Source: Bacteroidales bacterium
GTDB lineage: Bacteria; Bacteroidota; Bacteroidia; Bacteroidales; UBA4181
Length of the DNA stretch: 36,759 nt
Direction: 5' to 3'
Assembly: GCA_031273395.1 (NCBI GenBank)
Contig: JAISRX010000295.1
Location: 1 to 36,759 of the forward strand
Shown here: positions 26,539-36,150 of the stretch, piece by piece
How the letters are laid out: each line of letters opens with the position of its first letter
How positions within the stretch are numbered: position 1 is the stretch's first letter
Notes under the pieces: model-generated
Told to the model about the DNA's origin: nothing
The model's database searches: none
Seen by the model: the letters and a program-made list of their open reading frames with translations, nothing else
Made by a program: the position numbers and the translations under genes

Positions 26539-27471
26539 TTATTCTTTTCTCACGGGCGTGATGTACTCCGGGTCAATCCGCATTATTTCCTTTCCGTCTT
26601 CCCGCTCAAAGCGGACGGTAGAGATATACATGTGTCGGGGATGAATTTTCTCCGTGCTGTTGTGGGCGTGAAAAACGATGCGCAACTGTCCGTCCCTGTC
26701 GGTAAACATGGCGCTGTGTCCAACGCCGACAAGCGCGCCGGGTTTTTGGTACACCGGATTTTTTTCATATTTTGTCCATGTTCCGTTTATCTCCGAAGCC
26801 GTTGCCACTCCTATGCCGTAGAAGGGACTTTGGTAATTGTTTGCCGAATAGGTCATGCAGTAAACGCCGTTTCGCCTGAAAACGAAGCAGCCTTCATTTA
26901 CCCTGGGCCATGCCCTCTCCCACTCCTGCGACACGCGAATACAGCCGTGCATGGTTTCCGGCTTTATTTCCGTGAGGTTTTCCTCCAGCTCGGCAACCCA
27001 GATGTTCAGTCCGTCGTTGAACCTGTCGAAGAAGAGATACGGTTTTCCGTCATCGTCAATAAAAAGGGTGTTGTCGATACATTTCTCATCGCCCAGCATC
27101 GGACGCTGTACGTCCTGCCGGAACGGTCCCAAAGGATGGTCGCCCGTCGCAACGCATATATGTTCGTTTGCCGTATAGTACATGTAGAATTTTCCGTTCA
27201 CGCAATAGACCTCCGGCGCCCAGAAGCCTCTTTCACCCCAGGTGTCGGACTTGCTCAACGCCAGCTGTTCGGCGCGCGACCATGCGTACAGGTCATCCGA
27301 AACATACACCGCAATACCGTCCCTCGCTCCCGTTCCGTAGGCATAGTACGTGCCGTCATGCAGCATGATGAAGGGATCGGCAAGCGGCACGCGCCTGTCG
27401 CCGTCGCCGGGCTGACTGCCCGCCCCGTTCGCGCAGCATCCCAGCGCAAAAAGCATGATGCAGCAGCGCAT
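26539..27471 (-). CDS. Glycoside hydrolase family 43 protein, exported (possible lipoprotein)
   Basis: ADPF, WAPEV, ID..LF.DDDG..YL, NEG, YSAN and GHS motifs. Start placed at MRCCIMLFALGC; it could be further upstream (27495 or 27645). Confidence 0.88.
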   Translation of the reverse strand: MRCCIMLFALGCCANGAGSQPGDGDRRVPLADPFIMLHDGTYYAYGTGARDGIAVYVSDDLYAWSRAEQLALSKSDTWGERGFWAPEVYCVNGKFYMYYTANEHICVATGDHPLGPFRQDVQRPMLGDEKCIDNTLFIDDDGKPYLFFDRFNDGLNIWVAELEENLTEIKPETMHGCIRVSQEWERAWPRVNEGCFVFRRNGVYCMTYSANNYQSPFYGIGVATASEINGTWTKYEKNPVYQKPGALVGVGHSAMFTDRDGQLRIVFHAHNSTEKIHPRHMYISTVRFEREDGKEIMRIDPEYITPVRKE

Positions 27472-27498
27472 TTTATTGCGGTGAAGGCGCATCATCCG

Positions 27499-27589
27499 GT
27501 TTCCGGTTTTCGTTTTCGGTTCCCCTGTTTCCATCTTCCGGTTTCCATTTTCCATTTCCGGTTCTCTGTCTTTCATTGTCTGTTTTTGA
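27499..27589. repeat. Degenerate 7-bp tandem repeat (pyrimidine-rich on +), about 13 units
   Basis: gtttccg gttttcg ttttcgg ttcccct gtttcca tcttccg gtttcca ttttcca tttccgg ttctctg tctttca ... Confidence 0.7.
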
Positions 27590-28023
27590 TTTAAACTTTT
27601 CCATTCCCGTTTTGCTGTTTTCCGTTCTTCATCCCCCATGCTCAACTCCGGTGTTGCAGCTGCATAAAACGTCGCGGAGCCTTGAGGGATGAAAAATTAA
27701 TCACCTGTCGCCGTATCGCTTGCAGGCGTATTGCCCCTGCAGGACAGATTTTCATCACCGCATGGCAGCGACGGTTTACGGACAGTCCGTCACCGTGCGG
27801 AGAGCGGTTAACGTCACCGGCAGTTCTTATATTTCAGGCAAAAACACGGGGAAAGGGCGGAAACAGCGTCATCCCAAAGGGATAAAACAATTTTGCCCGT
27901 CATTGGCAACACCGCAACGACAGGGCAAAAAGAAAAATATCCTCCTGCAATCGGCGACAGGCATGAACCGCTCCGTCCGATTGCCGTAAAGCAGTACGGG
28001 GAAAATTCGGCGGTTGCCGGCTT

Positions 28024-28293
28024 TTACCAGCTTGCTTTCTTCACGCCGGGTATCAGCCCTTTGGACGCCATTTCGCGGAAGACGATACGGCTTACGCCGA
28101 ATTGCCGCATGTATCCTTTCGGGCGACCGGTCAGCAGGCAACGGTTGTGTATCCGCACCGGGCTTGAATTGCGCGGCAGGGTCGCCAATTTCTGGAAATC
28201 GCCTTCCGCTTTCAACTTCGCCCGTTTTTCGGCATACTTGGCTATCATTTTTGCGCGTTTCACTTCGCGTGCTTTCATCGACTCTTTAGCCAT
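28024..28293 (-). CDS. rpsN: 30S ribosomal protein S14 (89 aa, zinc-free type)
   Basis: [28 protein letters not shown] and PGVKKASW. Confidence 0.97.
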   Translation of the reverse strand: MAKESMKAREVKRAKMIAKYAEKRAKLKAEGDFQKLATLPRNSSPVRIHNRCLLTGRPKGYMRQFGVSRIVFREMASKGLIPGVKKASW

Positions 28294-28294
28294 A

Positions 28295-28858
28295 TCAATT
28301 CTTTTTTACATTTTTAAAAGGTAATCCATATTCACGCAACAGGGCAAAACCCTCTTCGTCGGTTTTGGCGGTAGTTACAAAGGTAATCTCCAGACCGAGC
28401 ATTTTGGTGATCTTGTCGATATCTATCTCCGGAAAGATGATTTGCTCGGAGATGCCCATGCTGTAATTTCCCCGTCCGTCCAGTTTTCCGGAGATGCCCT
28501 TGAAGTCGCGGATGCGCGGGAGGGACACCGAAATCAGTCTTTCGAGAAATTCGTACATCCTGTCGCTGCGCAGGGTGACGCACACGCCCACAGGCACTCC
28601 CTTGCGGAGTTTGAAGTTCGAAATATCCTTGCGCGACACGGTGGATACCGCTTTTTGTCCGGCAATGGAGGATATTTCGGCGATGGACGTCTCAATGATT
28701 TTTTTGTCAGCCACCGAATGACGGCCTACGCCCTGATTAATCACTATTTTTTCGATTTTTGGCGCCTGCATGATGCTGGTGTAGCCAAATTCTTTCATCA
28801 GAGCGGGAACTACTTCCTTCTGATATTTTGTTTTATAAGCAGGAATGTACTTTTTCAT
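28295..28858 (-). CDS. rplE: 50S ribosomal protein L5
   Basis: [28 protein letters not shown] and DGRGNY. Confidence 0.97.
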   Translation of the reverse strand: MKKYIPAYKTKYQKEVVPALMKEFGYTSIMQAPKIEKIVINQGVGRHSVADKKIIETSIAEISSIAGQKAVSTVSRKDISNFKLRKGVPVGVCVTLRSDRMYEFLERLISVSLPRIRDFKGISGKLDGRGNYSMGISEQIIFPEIDIDKITKMLGLEITFVTTAKTDEEGFALLREYGLPFKNVKKN

Positions 28859-29187
28859 TTGATTACCTCCCCTGATTTTTTAGCATAACGAACCCATTTA
28901 CCGTTTTCCTGCCGCCGTCCCACGCGGGTGGCTTTCTTTTCCTTCGGATCAAGCAGGTTCAGGTTTGAGATGTGAACGGGCGCTTCCTTTTCGACGAACC
29001 CGCCGTTGGTATTCTTGGCGCTGGGTTTGGTATGCTTGGTCACCATGTTCACCCCCTCCACAATAGCGCGCACGCGGCGGTTCTTTTTGTCGTGGATGAT
29101 TTCCAGCACGCGACCCTGCGTGCCTTTGTCGTCGCCGGCGTTCACAATCACCGTGTCGCCTTTCTTAATATGCAATTTCTGACTCAT
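28855..29187 (-). CDS. rplX: 50S ribosomal protein L24
   Basis: [14 protein letters not shown] (KOW), VEGVN...KH.KP and EAPVHISN. Confidence 0.97.
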   Translation of the reverse strand: MSQKLHIKKGDTVIVNAGDDKGTQGRVLEIIHDKKNRRVRAIVEGVNMVTKHTKPSAKNTNGGFVEKEAPVHISNLNLLDPKEKKATRVGRRQENGKWVRYAKKSGEVIK

Positions 29188-29209
29188 TTCCAATTCGTTT
29201 TTTATTCAT

Positions 29210-29575
29210 TTATAACACTTCGGGCGCTAACGAAACGATTTTCATGAAGCCGTCGCGCAATTCGCGTGCAACGGGACCGAAAATACGTGTTCCTCTTATT
29301 TCGCCGGCATTGTTGAGCAGCACCACCGCATTGTCGTCAAAGCGGATGTACGAACCGTCGGCGCGGCGTATCTCTTTCTTTGTGCGCACTACCACGGCTT
29401 TGCTCACGGAGCCTTTTTTGACGTCCCCTGCGGGTAATGCGTCTTTCACGGCTACCACCACGGTATCGCCCACGCTGGCATACCGGCGACCCGTGCCGCC
29501 CAGCACACGGATACACAACACTTCTTTTGCGCCGCTGTTGTCGGCTACGCTTAATCTACTTTCCTGCTGTATCAT
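29210..29575 (-). CDS. rplN: 50S ribosomal protein L14
   Basis: [34 protein letters not shown] and SLAPEVL. Confidence 0.98.
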   Translation of the reverse strand: MIQQESRLSVADNSGAKEVLCIRVLGGTGRRYASVGDTVVVAVKDALPAGDVKKGSVSKAVVVRTKKEIRRADGSYIRFDDNAVVLLNNAGEIRGTRIFGPVARELRDGFMKIVSLAPEVL

Positions 29576-29577
29576 GG

Positions 29578-29835
29578 TTATTTCGCTCTTTCTATGATTT
29601 CGACCAGTCTCCAGTTTTTACTCTTGCTCAGCGGACGGGTTTCCATAATGCGGACGGTATCGCCTATTCCGCAGGTGTTTTCCTCATCGTGAGCGTAAAA
29701 CTTGGAGGTTTTATTCACAAATTTTCCGTATATCGCGTGTTTTACTTTGGTTTTTACGGCAATCACGATGGTTTTGTTCATCTTGTTGCTCACCACCACT
29801 CCGATACGTTCTTTTCTTAGGTTTCTTTTTTCCAT
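29578..29835 (-). CDS. rpsQ: 30S ribosomal protein S17
   Basis: [16 protein letters not shown] and ETRPLSK. Confidence 0.97.
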   Translation of the reverse strand: MEKRNLRKERIGVVVSNKMNKTIVIAVKTKVKHAIYGKFVNKTSKFYAHDEENTCGIGDTVRIMETRPLSKSKNWRLVEIIERAK

Positions 29836-29845
29836 TGACCTCTGA

Positions 29846-30046
29846 TTACTTTTGTTCGGCTAATTCTCTTGTTCTCAACTCGGTTAACAAACGAGCAATA
29901 TCCTTGCGCGCAAATTTCAACTTCATTGGATTGTCCAATGGAGAAACGGCATGGTTCAATTTCATTCGTACAAGCGCGTTCTTTTCCGTTTCGATGCGCT
30001 CTTTCAACTCGGCGGTTGATAATTCTTTTATTTCTGACATTTTCAT
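29846..30046 (-). CDS. rpmC: 50S ribosomal protein L29
   Basis: EIKELS..EL, NP..L...RKDIARL.TE; lies between rplP and rpsQ. Confidence 0.95.
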   Translation of the reverse strand: MKMSEIKELSTAELKERIETEKNALVRMKLNHAVSPLDNPMKLKFARKDIARLLTELRTRELAEQK

Positions 30047-30057
30047 GGACGTAAATT

Positions 30058-30480
30058 TTATTCAAAAACGTAATCGCGGCGTACTACCAGCTTGGTTTGA
30101 ACGGGCAATTTCTGTGCGCCCAAACGCAATGCTTCCTTAGCGGTTTCATAGGAAACGCCTTCTATTTCAAACATGATGCGACCCGGCGTGATGGGGGCGA
30201 CAAATCCTTCCGGCGCGCCTTTACCCTTACCCATGCGCACTTCGGCGGGTTTCTTGGTGATGGGCTTGTCGGGGAAAATACGTATCCACAACTGCCCTTC
30301 ACGTTTCATGTGACGTGTAATTGCCTGACGGGCGGCTTCAATTTGCCGTCCGGTAATCCATGCATTTTCGAGGGTTTTGATGCCGAACGAACCGAACGAC
30401 AATTCATGTCCCCGCTGGGCGTTGCCTTTCATGCGGCCCTTTTGCTGCCTTCTGAATTTGGTTTTTTTAGGCTGTAACAT
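30058..30480 (-). CDS. rplP: 50S ribosomal protein L16
   Basis: [28 protein letters not shown] and RMGKGKG. Confidence 0.98.
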   Translation of the reverse strand: MLQPKKTKFRRQQKGRMKGNAQRGHELSFGSFGIKTLENAWITGRQIEAARQAITRHMKREGQLWIRIFPDKPITKKPAEVRMGKGKGAPEGFVAPITPGRIMFEIEGVSYETAKEALRLGAQKLPVQTKLVVRRDYVFE

Positions 30481-30521
30481 TTTTTAATTTTTTAATGTTT
30501 CTATCCTTTTTAATTATCTGT

Positions 30522-31322
30522 TTAGCGACGGCGTCCGCGATCTTTGCGGTCATTTCGGTCGCCTCGTTTGCGGTCACGATCACGGTCGCCGCGTTCGCCT
30601 CTGTCGTTTCTGTCGCGGTATTCCCCGCGCGGAGGACGACTTTGGTTTCCCTGCTGCGAGGCGGCATAATTGCCTACATTGGGCGACAGGTCGCGTTTAC
30701 CGTAAACTTCGCCGTTGCAAATCCACACCTTGATGCCGATCAGTCCCACTTTGGTCAATGCTTCGGCGAGGGCGAAATCAATATCGGCACGGAACGTGTG
30801 CAGGGGGATGCGTCCCTCTTTCAGCATTTCGGTGCGCGCCATTTCGGCGCCTACCAAACGACCGGAAGCAATGATCTTGATCCCTTCGGCGCCCATGCGG
30901 ATGGTCGATACGATGGACATTTTCATGGCGCGGCGGTATGAAATCTTGCCTTCCACCTGACGGGCAATGTTGTTTGCCACGATGGTAGCGTCCAATTCGG
31001 GACGCTTGATCTCAAATATGTTGATTTGGATATCTTTTTGAGTTATTTTTCTTAATTCTTCTTTCAGTTTGTCCACTTCCTGTCCGCCTTTGCCGATGAT
31101 GATGCCGGGACGGGCAGTATGCACGGTAACTGTAATCAGTTTCAGAGTTCTTTCGATAATGATTTTTGAAATGCTTGCCTTTGCCAGACGTGCATTCAGG
31201 TACTTACGAATTTTGTTGTCTTCCACGATTTTTTCGGAGAAGTTTTTACCGCCGTACCAATTAGAGTCCCACCCTTTGATAATTCCAAGACGATTTGAAA
31301 TCGGATTTGTTTTCTGTCCCAT
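30522..31322 (-). CDS. rpsC: 30S ribosomal protein S3 with R/D-rich C-terminal tail
   Basis: [17 protein letters not shown] (KH domain), [13 protein letters not shown] and GIKVWI. Confidence 0.98.
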   Translation of the reverse strand: MGQKTNPISNRLGIIKGWDSNWYGGKNFSEKIVEDNKIRKYLNARLAKASISKIIIERTLKLITVTVHTARPGIIIGKGGQEVDKLKEELRKITQKDIQINIFEIKRPELDATIVANNIARQVEGKISYRRAMKMSIVSTIRMGAEGIKIIASGRLVGAEMARTEMLKEGRIPLHTFRADIDFALAEALTKVGLIGIKVWICNGEVYGKRDLSPNVGNYAASQQGNQSRPPRGEYRDRNDRGERGDRDRDRKRGDRNDRKDRGRRR

Positions 31323-31332
31323 TTACGGTTAC

Positions 31333-31767
31333 TTATTTAATTTGAGTTTCATTTTCGGTTTGTTCTTCAGCGCTTACTTGTTTGTCCACCACGATGGTTA
31401 CATGGTTCGAGCGTTTCAACATTCTGTAGCCTCTTCCTTGAGGAGCGGTACGGAGGCGTTTCATCACGCGCCCGCTGTCCACCTTCACTTCCGACACCAC
31501 CAGTATGTTGTCCTCCAGACGGTCGCCTTCATTTTTCTTTTGCCAGTTGGCAATAGCCGATTTGAGCAACTTCTCTACCCTGACGGCAGCATCTTTAGTA
31601 CTGAACTTCAAAATGTCCAAAGCCCTGTTCACTTCCTCGCCCCGTATCATATCCACCACATAACGCATTTTGCGCGGCGACGTGGGGCAATTCCTGAGGA
31701 TGGCAAAACTTTTTGTTTTGTTTGCCTCCTTCCGCTTATCGGCTGTTATCTTTTTCCTTTTACTCAT
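31333..31767 (-). CDS. rplV: 50S ribosomal protein L22
   Basis: [28 protein letters not shown] and KRSNHVT. Confidence 0.97.
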   Translation of the reverse strand: MSKRKKITADKRKEANKTKSFAILRNCPTSPRKMRYVVDMIRGEEVNRALDILKFSTKDAAVRVEKLLKSAIANWQKKNEGDRLEDNILVVSEVKVDSGRVMKRLRTAPQGRGYRMLKRSNHVTIVVDKQVSAEEQTENETQIK

Positions 31768-31844
31768 AACATTTATTCTTTCAGGCTTTTATAATTAACC
31801 TTTTAATCGGAATACTATTACTTTTTACTTTAAAAATTGGTGCG

Positions 31845-31875
31845 CAAAGGTACGGTTTTTTTTTATATAACCAAC
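31845..31875 (-). promoter_or_regulatory. Promoter directly upstream of rplV
   Basis: TACCTTTG on - (31845-31852) followed by CGC, and TTG on - (31872-31874) at a 19-bp spacing. Confidence 0.65.
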
Positions 31876-31912
31876 TTTTAGAATTTTTTTTTTGTAAAAT
31901 TTGCTCATACCT

Positions 31913-32816
31913 CCTTAAATCCGCAAATAATTTTCCTAAAAAATAAGCAAAGCGGTATCAAATAAATATTTGCAACGCTTTGCCGTTTGAAAAATTTTCA
32001 CTGATTTTGGCGCTACAACACAACCAAAGCAAAAATTGATTTTTCAAATGGTAAAGGTACAAAAAAATTCAAACAGGATCACTCCTTTTGCAGGAATTTC
32101 TTTTATTGACAATGAATTTACCCGTAGCGGACTTGGAAAACTCATTGACAGTGAATTTGGTAATAGAGTTTCGAGATGCGGTATCAGTACAGCGATATTT
32201 TTCGCGCGTGGTTTAATATCTTCTTTTGTGGAGGCGATTGTGCGGAGGATATTGCACTGTTCCAAAGAGATCATTGAAACGGTTGCCCAAAACAGTCAGC
32301 ATTTTTATATTCGTGCCGGCAGAAGTCGGATTTTGACGGAACAGATACAGCAAATTACTGAATGGCAGACGCTTAAAATAAATATTCAAAGAATATCAGG
32401 TGGCTTCAATTCCGTTCACACAATTTTTTGCGGAAAAAAATTATCGCCTTGTGATCGCCCGTGAAAAATCCGGTGACCGGCAACTTGACCTCTTTGAAGG
32501 TGGAAAATTCAAATATCGCTGCATCTTAACGACCAATCACCAAAAAACCGAAAAAGAGGTCGCAACCGGCATACGACCGGCTACAGTTTCGCTAAAATTC
32601 TAAAAATAAGCTAAATAAACAGATATGACAGGGAATACTGTGTCCTGCTCTGAAAAACCAGCTTTTTTAGCCGAATATTCAACTGTTTTACCCCCAACCA
32701 ACAGCTAATTTTCTTCCAAAAATCGAAAATCAAGTCTGCCTTTCGCAAAATTTGAGTCCAAAACCTGTCTCAAAATATTTCTCTATTCTCAAAATAATTG
32801 GCTTGCGGATTTAAGG
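31913..32816 (+). mobile_element. Internally deleted IS1380-family element (904 bp)
   Basis: Perfect 14-bp terminal inverted repeats CCTTAAATCCGCAA (31913-31926) and TTGCGGATTTAAGG (32803-32816) enclose transposase fragments. Confidence 0.85.
32048..32565 (+). pseudogene. IS1380-family transposase pseudogene (frameshifts and large deletions)
   Basis: MVKVQ....ITPFAGI, then shifted-frame YQYSDIFR....FFCGG.CAEDI, then CSKEIIE.V......FYIRA and YRLVI.R......DLFEG..KYRCILT. These resemble Bacteroidales IS1380 transposase blocks, with intervening segments missing. Confidence 0.85.
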
Positions 32817-33160
32817 TTAAACCTTTGATTGCCCATCCTGTCGGGAAAGAACGCACCGGCAGGGAAGGCTTGCCCGCGAAACGGAATCCGCTGCCGGCAA
32901 ACGGACGTTACGGCGACAGGGACGGTCACAAAAAGGATGAGAATAACCCTGCGTTGTCCATCCGGAAGACACACCGCCGGATGTACTTCGCCAACAGAAA
33001 ACCGTTGCGTTGGTTGCTTGCCGTCACCATATCACAGATGCGGACGGTTCGCGAAGAAACGCAAAACAATCACTGCCGAAGCACGAGCAAAAACAAGGCG
33101 GCAGAAGAATTTTACCCCGTCTCACACTCTTCGGTAAAATGACCCTTACCGGCGTCCCGG

Positions 33161-33535
33161 TTAAAACGGCAGGTCGTCCGGCTGATTTTCCGCTGATGCG
33201 TCCGGCTGATAGGTTTCCGTCGGCGCCGCCGGTGAGGATGACGCAGTCGTATCCGGCAACGGCTGGTTTTCACCTGCAACATCTATTTTCCACGCCGTGA
33301 CACTGGTGTACCACTTATCGTTAAATTCACGACTTTCAATGTCCACAGAGGCAGTCAACACGTCGCCTTCCGACAGGGCAGCCACATTGGCTTTATCGTT
33401 CCAGACGGAAATGCATACCTTGCGTGGAAAAGACCCTTCGAGTTCAAGAATAATGTCTTGCCGTTTCCACTCCCCGTTTCTCCCCTGTCCGGTTTGAAGC
33501 GGTAATTTTCTTACCAGTTTTCCTTTGATTTCCAT
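33161..33535 (-). CDS. DUF3127 family protein (SSB-like OB fold with acidic tail)
   Basis: MEIKGK....LP...G....GEWK.Q, FP.K.C..VW.DK, IESRE...KWYT...AWKI and C-terminal DDLPF. Confidence 0.9.
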   Translation of the reverse strand: MEIKGKLVRKLPLQTGQGRNGEWKRQDIILELEGSFPRKVCISVWNDKANVAALSEGDVLTASVDIESREFNDKWYTSVTAWKIDVAGENQPLPDTTASSSPAAPTETYQPDASAENQPDDLPF

Positions 33536-33596
33536 TTTTTTTTGATTTAATTGTTAAATTTATTTAATATATATATAATCCTTTCAAAAATATACC

Positions 33597-34595
33597 TTAG
33601 AATTGATAAAACAAACTTGCGCCGAAATAATTTTTCAGTTGAAGCTTTGCTCCTCTCGCCGTACCGTCATCGTCGGTTGTTTTTTTGTCGTCGTCATATA
33701 TCAGGTCGAACCGGAGATCGGCGGATATGTTCTTGTAAATAAGAAATTTCATGGTAGCCCAAAATGTGACGTCAATGTTTTCGGGCTGTTGGACATAGTT
33801 GGAAAACAGTTCCAGCTGGGAATTGTAGGAGATTTTATTTTTCAGTGCATTTCCCTTCACATTCACCACTATTCCGCCGCCAAATTCATAACGCGATTTG
33901 TGGGGAACCATTATGTCCGCACCGTTTTCATCCTGTTCCTTTTTCATCAGTCCCGCATTGGACAATACCTGCTGGTCGTCCGACCGTGCAAAGGTCGCCT
34001 TTCCCATGACGGGCGAAAATACGGTAGAAATGGTGTTATTGGGGCGATAATCCATCCCGATGGAAAGAAACAGTGAAATCGGCGCCAGAAAGTCACTGAT
34101 CCTGATGGTGTCCGTGCCGGTATATTTATAGCCGGGTGAAAACTGTGTGCGCGCCAGCAGGGACGCCGTGTAGTACCACTTGGGCGACAACTGGTGCCCT
34201 ATTTTTGATATGAGGCTGAGGTTATCGTTGTTTTTCACCGCTTTCCGGTCGCCGTTCTTTAGCAGGCTATAGGAAAATATTCCGTAATTTTCGAATGTCC
34301 GCTTGCCTTTTTTGTAGTTGGCATACAGGTTGGCGGAGGGGGCTATGCCTATCTGGTCTTCACCGCCTCCCGACCAGTTGGTCAGGGAAGTGGAAGTAAA
34401 CGACAGCGAAACATCACCACCGTGCACCCACGGGTGTTTCTCGTCGGACGAAAATTTTGCGTACTGTTTCAGTCCCGCACCGGCGGCGGTTGCTTTTGCC
34501 GCCTTGATGGAAGCGTCATCCTGCGCCTGCATGTCGATGAAGGGACAAACCAGTGAAATGGTCAGGAAAACAATATAAATTCTTTGTGCTGCCAT
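33597..34595 (-). CDS. DUF3078 family outer-membrane protein
   Basis: Signal peptide, 'L.NWSGGGE', 'K.ND.L.L.SK.G', 'TQF.PGY', 'S.FLAP...L..GMDY', ELFSNY and C-terminal YQF. Confidence 0.85.
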   Translation of the reverse strand: MAAQRIYIVFLTISLVCPFIDMQAQDDASIKAAKATAAGAGLKQYAKFSSDEKHPWVHGGDVSLSFTSTSLTNWSGGGEDQIGIAPSANLYANYKKGKRTFENYGIFSYSLLKNGDRKAVKNNDNLSLISKIGHQLSPKWYYTASLLARTQFSPGYKYTGTDTIRISDFLAPISLFLSIGMDYRPNNTISTVFSPVMGKATFARSDDQQVLSNAGLMKKEQDENGADIMVPHKSRYEFGGGIVVNVKGNALKNKISYNSQLELFSNYVQQPENIDVTFWATMKFLIYKNISADLRFDLIYDDDKKTTDDDGTARGAKLQLKNYFGASLFYQF

Positions 34596-34601
34596 GCAAT
34601 A

Positions 34602-35552
34602 TCAAATTTCCTCTTTGATCTGATAAATATTCCGTTCGGTGGAATTACGCGAAATCATTTCTCCCAAAAATCCTGCCAGAAACAGTTGCGTTCCCAATAT
34701 CATTGCCGCAAGCGACAGGTAAAAGTACGGGCTGCTGGTGACCAGGCTCATTTTAATTCCCTGACGGATGAAATACAGTTTTTGTATTCCCAATCCTGCT
34801 GCCGCAAGAAATCCGATGATGAACATCAGCGTTCCCAGCGATCCGAACAGGTGCATGGGTTTTTTCCCGAAGCGTGAAACAAACAGGATGCTCAGCAAAT
34901 CGAGGAACCCATTGATAAAACGTGTCCAGCCGAATTTGCTGACGCCGTATTTTCTTGCCCTGTGTTCCACTGTCTTCTCCCCGATACGGTAAAATCCCGC
35001 TTTGTATGCCAGTACGGGAATGTAACGATGCATCTCTCCATACACTTCGATGCTTTTGACCACATCGTTGCGGTACGCTTTTAATCCGCAGTTCATGTCA
35101 TGCAGGCGGATGCCCGTCATCATGCGCGTGGTGGCATTATAGATTTTTGAAGGAATATTTTTGGTTAACCTGCTGTCGTAGCGTTTTTTCTTCCATCCCG
35201 AAACCAGATCGTAATTCTCTTCCTTGATCATCCGGTACAATTCCGGTATTTCGTCCGGGCTGTCCTGCATGTCGGCGTCCAGGGTAATGACCACCTCTCC
35301 CGCCGCTTTTTTGAACCCGCAGAACAAAGCCGCCGATTTTCCATAATTGCGCCGGAAGCGGATCGCATGGACAGGCAAATAACGTTGCGCCAGTTCTTCT
35401 ATCACTTTCCACGAGTGATCCCTGCTGCCGTCGTCCACCAAAATCACTTCATAGGTGTAGGCATGTTCCCGCATGATACGTTCAATCCACGCAACAAGTT
35501 CGGGAAGGGATTCGGCTTCATCAAACAACGGAATGATAATTGAGATTTCCAT
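34602..35552 (-). CDS. Glycosyltransferase family 2 (ArnC/DPM-like undecaprenyl-phosphate GT)
   Basis: VDDGSRD, RNYGKSAAL, TLDAD.QD.P.EI, HDMNCGLKAYR, YGEMHRYIP and two C-terminal TM helices. Confidence 0.93.
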   Translation of the reverse strand: MEISIIIPLFDEAESLPELVAWIERIMREHAYTYEVILVDDGSRDHSWKVIEELAQRYLPVHAIRFRRNYGKSAALFCGFKKAAGEVVITLDADMQDSPDEIPELYRMIKEENYDLVSGWKKKRYDSRLTKNIPSKIYNATTRMMTGIRLHDMNCGLKAYRNDVVKSIEVYGEMHRYIPVLAYKAGFYRIGEKTVEHRARKYGVSKFGWTRFINGFLDLLSILFVSRFGKKPMHLFGSLGTLMFIIGFLAAAGLGIQKLYFIRQGIKMSLVTSSPYFYLSLAAMILGTQLFLAGFLGEMISRNSTERNIYQIKEEI

Positions 35553-35557
35553 GATGA

Positions 35558-36073
35558 TTATTCAGGCGTATGGTTGGACAGGAAAGATGATTTTCTTAAC
35601 CAGACGGCACAAATGGCGGCTGCTACCGTGCCTGTCAGGGTATAGAGCATGAGCGTGCCGAAGGCAAGAAAAACGGGTGAAAAGGTCTTTCTGCATTGTT
35701 CCATGTAGTTGGACAGCATTTCAGGCGGCATGGACGGCTGCAATACCTGTTCGCAAATCTTCAGGTATTCGTCCACTATACCGGGGTTGATCGCCTTCAC
35801 CGTGACATACATCACAAAGGCAAGGATCAGCGACGCATAAAACGCGGTGCGTATGCCTGTTGCCAGCAGTTTTCCGTAGGAACCGACGCCGGACATTTTG
35901 CGAAACATTCTTATTCCGTAGCAAATGCCGCAGGCAAAGACAAAGATGCCGATCAACCCGAACTGATTCAGCACCGGTACAAAAGAAACCAGCAGCATCA
36001 AAGCGGCTGTTACCGCCCCAACATTCATTGCCAACCGCGTTGAAGAAACCGGAATATCCGACGACTTATTCAT
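35558..36073 (-). CDS. DUF4199 family membrane protein
   Basis: Four TM helices with an 'INP....Y' loop, directly upstream of the GT2 as is common in Bacteroidales. Confidence 0.7.
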   Translation of the reverse strand: MNKSSDIPVSSTRLAMNVGAVTAALMLLVSFVPVLNQFGLIGIFVFACGICYGIRMFRKMSGVGSYGKLLATGIRTAFYASLILAFVMYVTVKAINPGIVDEYLKICEQVLQPSMPPEMLSNYMEQCRKTFSPVFLAFGTLMLYTLTGTVAAAICAVWLRKSSFLSNHTPE

Positions 36074-36095
36074 GTTTTTAAGAAAAAATAAACTG

Positions 36096-36126
36096 CAAAA
36101 GTAATGTTTTTAGTGGTTCAAACAAA
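36096..36126 (-). promoter_or_regulatory. Promoter for DUF4199-GT2-DUF3078
   Basis: TACTTTTG on - (36096-36103) and TTTG on - (36123-36126) with a 19-bp spacer. Confidence 0.65.
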
Positions 36127-36150
36127 AAAAATCTTTTAAAACGGGTGCAG

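Noticed and set aside
27646-28020. rpsH remnant or structured RNA downstream of rpsN
   Set aside because: No S8-like translation was seen. There is only a possible very degenerate REP-like trace near 27730-27785, too weak to call.
32817-33160. Small ORFs between the IS end and DUF3127
   Set aside because: Several overlapping ORFs with non-ATG starts and no motifs; none can be supported.
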